A stretch of 64,000 bases of DNA from Patescibacteria group bacterium. GTDB taxonomy: Bacteria > Patescibacteriota > Patescibacteriia > UBA1558 > GWA2-36-10. The translations under genes were made by a program, and so were the position numbers. Location of the stretch: assembly GCA_041650755.1 (NCBI GenBank), contig JBAZKN010000005.1:580-64579 (forward strand). Reading direction: 5' to 3'. The notes beneath the pieces were generated by a model. That model was not told the origin of the DNA. It saw only the letters and a program-made list of their open reading frames with translations, and ran no database searches. How positions within the stretch are numbered: position 1 is the first letter of the stretch; every line of letters begins with the position of its first letter. Shown piece by piece: positions 57,868-64,000 of this stretch.

Positions 57868-59349
57868 ATGAAAATATTAAATAAAATTTGGGCTGTCTGC
57901 AAAACAGAAAAGTTTCTTTTATTTGCTTTGTTTGTTTTAGTTTTCCTTTCTCGAGTTTTTTATCTGGGCACTAGTTTGTGGCATGACGATGCTTTTAATT
58001 TTGTTGATAAAGCCATTAATTTAGCAATCAATGGCCAGTATATCAGTGCTCACTCCAGCGGCTATCCTTTGTGGCTATTGATTTTAGCTTTGGGCCTCAA
58101 AATCGGGCACCACTTGACTGGTCAGTGGATGCTAGTTTTTATACCAAATTTTATTGTGGTGATTTTTGGCTCGTTGTTAGTCTTTCCGATTTTTATTTTA
58201 GCCAAAAGGCTGTTAGCTAATTATTATTATGCATTTTTGGCTACAATCGTAGTTTTACTTAATCCAGTCATTTGGCGCTGGAGCACGGTAGCTATGAGCG
58301 ATATTCCGGCTTTATTTTTTGCCCTGCTAGCTATTGTTTATTTTTTATATTATTTAGATAAAACCAAAAGCAGGGATTTGTTTTTTTCCAACCTTTGGCT
58401 TTTTATGGCCATGATGATCCGGCCGCAGTATGGTTTGCTGTTTTTGATATTTTTGATATTTTCGTTGATAAATTTTAAATTTGATATAAAAAGAATATTG
58501 CCCGTAGGTTTGTCCTGGGTGCTGGCGGTACTTGGGCTGGTCATTGGCTACGCGGCCTTTAATGATTGGCATTGGTTTTATTTTGGTAATACCTATGGTT
58601 CTTTTTTCCCTAATGCCGGGGAAGTTTTGACCACTCTACTCATCTTATCAAAAAGCATCGGTTTGTTTTGGGTAATTTTATTTTTGCTTGGCGCTTTTTA
58701 TTTATTTAAAAAAGACCGCCGTCATTTTTATTATTACAATTTGCTTTGGCTAATATCCGGCCTGTATCTGGCATCAACTTTTAGATTAAGGCATTTTGAT
58801 ATTGAGCGCTACGGATTATTGGTGACAATTTTTTTGCTGCTGATTGCCAGCTATGTTTTAAAAATAAACAAATTTACCAGAGCCGCTTTTTTGGCGGCGG
58901 CGGTGATTTCCTGCTTGATTTTGTGGCGGGGCCTAGTGTTGCCGGTAAATTTTTATAATGTTTATTTGCATGATGCTAATTTTTTTAAGGATTATAAACT
59001 AAAGGCCCAACAGCTGGCTGAGCAGAGGCTAGAGGACGGTGACCTGTCTAATTATCAGGATTTGGCTACTATTTTGAGGGATCAAGATGTAGTTTTTCAT
59101 ATTGGTATTGATTGGTCCATGCCAAAATTATTGTTGGCCGGAGCGCATTTGCCCCAGCATCCGACTTTAGTGCCCATTGATGATGAAAATCAATTAAAAC
59201 AAGCCCTAGAAAAATATAAGGGCCACCGTTTGTATTTATTGCGCGGAGTTTATGAAATGTATGAAGCTATGCCAGAGAGCAAAGATAGGCCAGTGGCTGA
59301 TGTGATACTTTATGGTCGATCTAGAATACATGTTTTGAGTAATAAATAA
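57868..59349 (+). CDS. GT-C superfamily membrane glycosyltransferase (GT39/ArnT/PMT-like)
   Basis: About 11 TM helices. 'WHDDAFNF' acidic motif in the first periplasmic loop. Confidence 0.55.
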   Translation: MKILNKIWAVCKTEKFLLFALFVLVFLSRVFYLGTSLWHDDAFNFVDKAINLAINGQYISAHSSGYPLWLLILALGLKIGHHLTGQWMLVFIPNFIVVIFGSLLVFPIFILAKRLLANYYYAFLATIVVLLNPVIWRWSTVAMSDIPALFFALLAIVYFLYYLDKTKSRDLFFSNLWLFMAMMIRPQYGLLFLIFLIFSLINFKFDIKRILPVGLSWVLAVLGLVIGYAAFNDWHWFYFGNTYGSFFPNAGEVLTTLLILSKSIGLFWVILFLLGAFYLFKKDRRHFYYYNLLWLISGLYLASTFRLRHFDIERYGLLVTIFLLLIASYVLKINKFTRAAFLAAAVISCLILWRGLVLPVNFYNVYLHDANFFKDYKLKAQQLAEQRLEDGDLSNYQDLATILRDQDVVFHIGIDWSMPKLLLAGAHLPQHPTLVPIDDENQLKQALEKYKGHRLYLLRGVYEMYEAMPESKDRPVADVILYGRSRIHVLSNK

Positions 59350-59415
59350 TTTTTATAAAAAGAAAACCGCCCCGCACCATACGGTGCAGGACGGCACTTG
59401 TCCGCGAATGCTAGT

Positions 59416-59814
59416 CTAGTTCCTATGCCAGACGTGGGTAGGCACCCACCCCAGCTCCTTGAGGCCGTAGTCACTATCCTCCATGATCGGTTCAGCGATC
59501 CTGACGCCTACCAGACGACGATCCTGGCTACTCGGGTTGAGATGCCGAGCAGCCACGCTGTCGATCAAGGCGTCCACGCTTTCGGGAGTGACAGTGAAGG
59601 ATGCCCAGGCCGGCGAGTCAACGTTCTGGGGATCGAAAGCCCAGTAAAACGTGACGTGCCGGAAGTGGACGTCAGGGAGCCTGGCATCCAGCTCTTCCTG
59701 TGTCGCCTGGAAGGGCGACATGGTGATCAGGTGAGGCTGGTAGTAGACGGTATTGTGGCCGCAACCAGCACTCAAGCCGATCAGAGCTAGGAGAGATATC
59801 GCAATGATCTTCAT
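59416..59814 (-). CDS. Lipoprotein of unknown function in a high-GC islet
   Basis: Signal peptide plus lipobox 'LSAGC'. RBS AAAGGA. Local GC is about 55% against a host of about 33%. Confidence 0.5.
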   Translation of the reverse strand: MKIIAISLLALIGLSAGCGHNTVYYQPHLITMSPFQATQEELDARLPDVHFRHVTFYWAFDPQNVDSPAWASFTVTPESVDALIDSVAARHLNPSSQDRRLVGVRIAEPIMEDSDYGLKELGWVPTHVWHRN

Positions 59815-60032
59815 TGAGAATCCTTTCTGTGCTAAGGTCCTTCTTTTGCATTCTGTTTTTTGTGCTTTCGCACATTCCAGGGAACATTTGCCTTGCGGCA
59901 GTTTACAATTAATATTATATCATATATAGTATATTTTGTCAAGAATAGTAAAAATCAACCTTTTATTATTGACATTAAGTCTTTTTTTTGTTAATATTGA
60001 ACGCGTATTTTAAGAAGCAATAAAATTAATCT

Positions 60033-60350
60033 ATGTTAGCAGTAATAAAAACTGGTGGTAAACAATACTTAGTCAAAAAAGATGATGTTTTGAAAATAGA
60101 AAAACTGGCCGTGGAAAAAGGCGCCAGCCTAGTTTTTGATAAAGTTTTATTATTAGTCGATGAAAAAGGCGCCGTTACTTTGGGCAAGCCATATTTAGAC
60201 AAGGTTAGTGTTGAGGCTACTTGTGTTCGTAATTTTAAAACTAAAAAAATAGACGTTTTGAAATATAAAAACAAAACTCGCTATCGCAAGCGCTATGGCC
60301 ATCGCCAACAGCAAACTGAAGTCAAAATAACGAAAATCAATTCTAAATAA
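60033..60350 (+). CDS. rplU: 50S ribosomal protein L21
   Basis: 'LAVIKTGGKQYLV'. Confidence 0.9.
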   Translation: MLAVIKTGGKQYLVKKDDVLKIEKLAVEKGASLVFDKVLLLVDEKGAVTLGKPYLDKVSVEATCVRNFKTKKIDVLKYKNKTRYRKRYGHRQQQTEVKITKINSK

Positions 60351-60380
60351 AAAAATGGGCTCGCTAGTTGAGTCCATTTT
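60351..60380. terminator. Bidirectional terminator hairpin between rplU and recR
   Basis: aaaaatgggctc-gctagtt-gagtccatttt. Confidence 0.5.
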
Positions 60381-60975
60381 ATAATTTTTTTCTATTTTCT
60401 AGGGCCGAGCTTAAAGTCACTTCATCGGTGTATTCAATGTTGGCCCCCATGGGTATGCCGCGAGCCAATTGGCTGACTGTGACCGGATAATTTTTTAATA
60501 TTTTGGTAAGGTAAAGGCTGGTTGCTTCGCCTTCGAGGCTTTGATCCAAAGCCAGGATGACTTCTTTGATGGGGTCTTTATTGAGGCGGTTTTCCAATTC
60601 TTTGATTTTTAGTTTATCGGGCGTAATGCCGTCAATCGGGCTGAGCAAGCCGTTGAGCAGATGATAAGTGCCATTGTAGTGGTTGGTTTTTTCTATGGCT
60701 TCAATATCTTGGTGATGAGCGATTATGCAAACTGTGCCTTGATCTCTTTTTTGGTCTTGGCAGATATTACATAGTTCGTTGTCGCTAAGATTGAAACAAC
60801 GCGGACAAAAATGAACTTTCTGGTAAGCCTCATTCAGGCTATCAGCAAAATTTTTGAGATCCTCGCGGCGCTGGAGCAAATCAAAAGCTAGCCGGAGCGA
60901 AGTTTTTGGGCCAATGCCCGGCAGTTTGTCAAATTCGGCTACCAGCCGTGCTATGAAGTCAGGTAAGCGTTGCAT
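60379..60975 (-). CDS. recR: Recombination protein RecR
   Basis: C4 zinc finger 'CPRCFNLSDNELCNICQD'. Toprim region 'VCIIAHHQD'. Confidence 0.9.
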   Translation of the reverse strand: MQRLPDFIARLVAEFDKLPGIGPKTSLRLAFDLLQRREDLKNFADSLNEAYQKVHFCPRCFNLSDNELCNICQDQKRDQGTVCIIAHHQDIEAIEKTNHYNGTYHLLNGLLSPIDGITPDKLKIKELENRLNKDPIKEVILALDQSLEGEATSLYLTKILKNYPVTVSQLARGIPMGANIEYTDEVTLSSALENRKKL

Positions 60976-61268
60976 TATTTAAGACCAGGTAAATTTAAGT
61001 CACCGCGTTGTTGCATGGTCATGGCCATCTTGCGCTGTACTTTTTTGATAACATCAGCAATGGCTTCTTTGGTCAGTTTTTCCAGCTCAGCCTTGTGATC
61101 GTGAGATAAATATTCTCTTTTGATTTCCAATTCTTTTACTTCTTGGTTTCCATCCATGGTGATTTTGACGGCTTTATTTTCAGCCGTGACATTTTCTTTT
61201 GCCAAAACACCTTTGAGATCATTGGCTTGTTTGCGCAAATCATTGAATTGCTTGAGCTTGTTGAACAT
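60975..61268 (-). CDS. ybaB: Nucleoid-associated protein YbaB/EbfC
   Basis: Size, 'MFNKLKQFNDLRKQANDLK', and synteny with recR. Confidence 0.8.
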   Translation of the reverse strand: MFNKLKQFNDLRKQANDLKGVLAKENVTAENKAVKITMDGNQEVKELEIKREYLSHDHKAELEKLTKEAIADVIKKVQRKMAMTMQQRGDLNLPGLK

Positions 61269-61397
61269 AAAATTTAGTTTAAGATTAAAAAGTTATGAAA
61301 GTATTATACCTGTGTTTTGTTTAAATCTCAAGATAAGGCTTAATTATTTGATCAAGGTTTATACTTGTTAACTTTTTGCTTTATAATTTTGAACTAA

Positions 61398-62852
61398 TTA
61401 AGGTATATTTTGCCAGCCGCCGGCTATAGGGAAATCTTCCGTGGAGAGTGGTGATTCTAGTGAGCTCTCAGATTCTGTGATGGGCGGTGGAGTCAGGCTG
61501 CCGGCCGCTCTATCAGTATCTAGATTTTTGAAAGTCACTTTATTTTCGTCAAAGAACAGGCGTACTAGGCCGGTGGGTCCATTGCGGTGCTTATCAATAT
61601 GGATTTCCGCCACGTGTTTTTCTTCCTCCGGGCACTCGCCGCGGGTTTTATCTTTGACGCGGCGGTAGATGAACATTACAATATCAGCATCTTGTTCTAT
61701 GGATCCGGATTCACGCAAATCAGCCAGCTTTGGTATGGCCGGAGAGCGGCTTTCTACGGCCCGTGATAATTGGGAAAGAGCCAGCACCGGTATATCCAGT
61801 TCACGAGCGATTTGTTTTAGGCCGCGAGAAATTTCGGATATTTCTTGGACACGGTTTTCTTGGCGGCCGCCATTGTCCATTAGTTGCAGATAATCAACCA
61901 CTAGAAAGCCAAGGTTATGCTCCATTTTTAGGCGCCTAGCTTTGGTGCGTATTTCCATGACATTGGCGTTGGGCGAGTCATCGATAAAGATTGGCGCTTC
62001 TGATAATACGCCCATAGCTCTGCCAATGCGCGGGAAGTCATCATCTTCTTCTTTGTCAGATAGCTTGCCGGTGCGCATGCGCCACAAGTCAACTTCTGCT
62101 TCAGCGGCCAGTAATTTATCGACCAGCTGTTCTTTGGACATTTCCAGAGAAAACAAGCCGACTGGCACCTTAGCTTTGACGGCAATGCTGCGCACCAGAT
62201 CAAGGGCTAGAGTGGTTTTGCCGATAGACGGACGGGCAGCCAAAATGATTAAATCAGAATTTTGCAAGCCTGACAGTAAGCGGTCTAAACCAATGAAGTT
62301 GGTGGGTATGCCCCGAGTGCCTTGGCCGCCCTGCTTGTGCAATTCATCGATACGGTTGAAAGCCTCACCCAAAATATTTTTGATAGGAATAAAGTTGCGC
62401 TTGAGAGACTCCTGGGAAATAGCAAATAGTTTTTGCTCGGCTTTATCCAATAATTTATCAACATCTTCGTCTTCAGCAAAGCTGAATTCACTGATTTCTG
62501 CGGCAGCTTGCTCTAGTTTGCGCAGGGTAGCTTTTTTGTGGATGATATTGCCATAGTTGACCACATGGGCGGAGTTTGGTACGGCCGCTGTCAGCTCGGC
62601 TAGATACGCTTTGCCACCGACAGCTTCTAGTTGTTTTTTATCATGCAGGCGGTTGCTGACCGACAAGATATCGATTGGCTCATGATTTTCAAACAAATCC
62701 AAAATTGCTCGATAAATCATAGAGTGAGCATCTTTGTAAAAATCGCTAGCCCTTAGGGTGTCAGCTACTTTAATAACGGCTTCTTTGTCAATTAATAAAG
62801 CACCCAAAATACTGGCTTCAGCTTCTAAATTGTGCGGAGGAACTTTAGGCAT
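61398..62852 (-). CDS. dnaB: Replicative DNA helicase DnaB
   Basis: 'PHNLEAEASILGALL', Walker A 'ARPSIGKTT', 'LVVDYLQLM'. Confidence 0.9.
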   Translation of the reverse strand: MPKVPPHNLEAEASILGALLIDKEAVIKVADTLRASDFYKDAHSMIYRAILDLFENHEPIDILSVSNRLHDKKQLEAVGGKAYLAELTAAVPNSAHVVNYGNIIHKKATLRKLEQAAAEISEFSFAEDEDVDKLLDKAEQKLFAISQESLKRNFIPIKNILGEAFNRIDELHKQGGQGTRGIPTNFIGLDRLLSGLQNSDLIILAARPSIGKTTLALDLVRSIAVKAKVPVGLFSLEMSKEQLVDKLLAAEAEVDLWRMRTGKLSDKEEDDDFPRIGRAMGVLSEAPIFIDDSPNANVMEIRTKARRLKMEHNLGFLVVDYLQLMDNGGRQENRVQEISEISRGLKQIARELDIPVLALSQLSRAVESRSPAIPKLADLRESGSIEQDADIVMFIYRRVKDKTRGECPEEEKHVAEIHIDKHRNGPTGLVRLFFDENKVTFKNLDTDRAAGSLTPPPITESESSLESPLSTEDFPIAGGWQNIP

Positions 62853-62988
62853 GGGTCTGGTTTATTGGTAGAGTTAGCTTAACCTATTTTAAGGCTTTTT
62901 TCAAGGTAAAAATATAGACAGTTTATGCCCAAGTTATGAGCAAATTCAGCGAAATTATCTGGTCATTTACATACACACTTCCACTTTA

Positions 62989-63017
62989 TTGACAGTTTAT
63001 AAAATATTGGGTATAAT
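62989..63017 (+). promoter_or_regulatory. Consensus promoter for tRNA-Lys
   Basis: TTGACA (62989-62994), 17 nt spacer, TATAAT (63012-63017). Confidence 0.5.
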
Positions 63018-63038
63018 TTTCCCGTATTTTTACATTTT

Positions 63039-63115
63039 GCGCCTATAGCTCAGCCCGGTAGAGCAGTTGCCTTTTAAGCAAACGGTCCTAGGTTCGAATC
63101 CTAGTGGGCGCACCA
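63039..63115 (+). tRNA. tRNA-Lys (anticodon TTT)
   Basis: Acceptor gcgccta/tgggcgc, D-loop agcccggta, anticodon loop cTTTTaa, T-loop ttcgaat, CCA end. Confidence 0.8.
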
Positions 63116-63275
63116 CTCGACTCGTCGTCGTTTTACTACTCCTCGCTCGTGGTTTCAGTTCCTCACTTTGTTCGGAACCTCAACCATCATTCATGCAAGA
63201 CGAGGCGAGTGTCCCGGACAGAGTCCTCGAGCGAAGTCGAGAGGGCGTAGCCGAGGGACATTCGAGTCATAAGGC
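63116..63275. repeat. GC-rich MITE-like element abutting the tRNA-Lys 3' end (inverted copy of 35187-35340)
   Basis: Shared blocks: 'cgactcgtcgtc..actcctcgctcgtggtttcag' and 'gagtcctcgagcgaagtcgagagggcg'. Confidence 0.55.
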
Positions 63276-63412
63276 ACGAGATATTGCATAGTTAATAAGT
63301 TCAACCCATTTTGGTTGTTTTTTTATTTGACCGAAATTTTAATTTATGGTAAAAACTAGACAAATTGTTCCTGTCAAAAGGTCTGCCAAACCCTTTAGAA
63401 AGGGGGTGTGCC

Positions 63413-63994
63413 ATGCTGCTGGCATTAGATTGCGATGGAGTGATGACCGATATCATGGAGCTCAGGTCACGGGTTCTACTGATCAAGTATAAGATCTGCA
63501 TAGAGCCCCGTCTGTGCAACCGACAGCATCTCATTGGTCAGGGCATCTTGCCCGAAACAGCCTATGAAGAGTTCTGCCAGACAGTATATCATGATCCGAA
63601 GTATGGCCATCTCCTGCGTTTGGCAGGTGGCGCTGCTTTTCACGTTGCGCGGCTTCAGTCAATGGGCCATGCAATCAAGATTGCTACCCGTCGGTCAAAC
63701 ACCGGTCTAGTAATCGTCCGCAGCTTGTTTGACCGCTACAACCTGTCTATCCCCATGCAGTCTGTACCGCGTGGCCAGAGCAAGGCTGAAGCCATTGCCG
63801 GCGCTTACGCTTATGTTGACGATGATAGGCGTGAGCTGGACATGCTTCTGGATGACGGGGTTTTGCCCACGCAGACCAGGCTGTATCTCTGGCGTCACAA
63901 CTACAATCAGGCGGCTAGCCTAGTTGGTTTGACTGGCGAAGTTCGGTCTTTTGCTGAGTATGCTCAGCTGGTCACTTCGTGGCAGCGCGAGTGA
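63413..63994 (+). CDS. HAD-like hydrolase in a high-GC islet
   Basis: HAD motif I 'LALDCDGVMTD'. Motif IV 'YVDDD'. GC is about 55%. RBS 'agggggtg' before ATG 63413. Confidence 0.5.
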   Translation: MLLALDCDGVMTDIMELRSRVLLIKYKICIEPRLCNRQHLIGQGILPETAYEEFCQTVYHDPKYGHLLRLAGGAAFHVARLQSMGHAIKIATRRSNTGLVIVRSLFDRYNLSIPMQSVPRGQSKAEAIAGAYAYVDDDRRELDMLLDDGVLPTQTRLYLWRHNYNQAASLVGLTGEVRSFAEYAQLVTSWQRE

Positions 63995-64000
63995 GAGCGT

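Noticed and set aside
59398-59790. 130-aa plus-strand ORF overlapping the lipoprotein gene
   Set aside because: The minus-strand ORF has a canonical signal peptide, lipobox and RBS. The plus-strand ORF lacks all of these, and both are open only because of high GC.
63365-63412. Longer start for the HAD-like gene, and minus ORF 63301-63534
   Set aside because: The RBS 'agggggtg' precedes ATG 63413, and HAD motif I follows right at the N-terminus. The minus-strand ORF has no support.
1-64000. CRISPR arrays, rRNA genes, IS transposases
   Set aside because: No regularly spaced direct repeats with unique spacers, no rRNA-like conserved stretches, and no DDE/IS-type transposase ORFs were seen. The only recombinases are the two serine recombinases.

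Overview
This 64 kb window comes from an AT-rich genome (about 30-35% GC) with compact housekeeping operons and many small lineage-specific ORFs. From sequence alone it could be a small-genome, possibly CPR/Patescibacteria-like organism, but that is a low-confidence inference. The conserved core includes pgk-eno with two tandem gpmI paralogs, uppP-mltG, rplJ-rplL, mraZ-rsmH-ftsL-ftsI-murF, tRNA-Glu, tRNA-Val, tRNA-Lys, rplU, and recR-ybaB-dnaB. Embedded in this core are four accessory features. First, a high-GC two-gene RiPP-like locus (Cys-rich precursor plus radical-SAM/SPASM enzyme) that is clearly foreign in composition. Second, an RHS polymorphic-toxin super-locus: a 2584-aa secreted protein with a SpvB-like N-terminus, RHS/YD repeats and a C-terminal toxin, followed by four start-less 'orphan' RHS-CT/immunity cassettes and one small standalone RHS-CT gene. 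Third, a roughly 13 kb phage- or satellite-like island inserted inside the orphan array. It carries a terminase, a ParB-methyltransferase, a LexA-type repressor, two tandem large serine recombinases, and a tightly packed operon of DUF2188, a small TM protein, a ThsB-like TIR protein, an unknown protein, and an HslV/proteasome-beta-like protein. This operon is the best candidate for an undescribed defence system. Fourth, several GC-rich MITE-like palindromic repeats, tRNA fragments, GC-rich foreign gene islets, and three identical DnaA-box-like 11-mers upstream of mraZ. All functional calls rest on recognisable motifs read by eye. No database search was possible.
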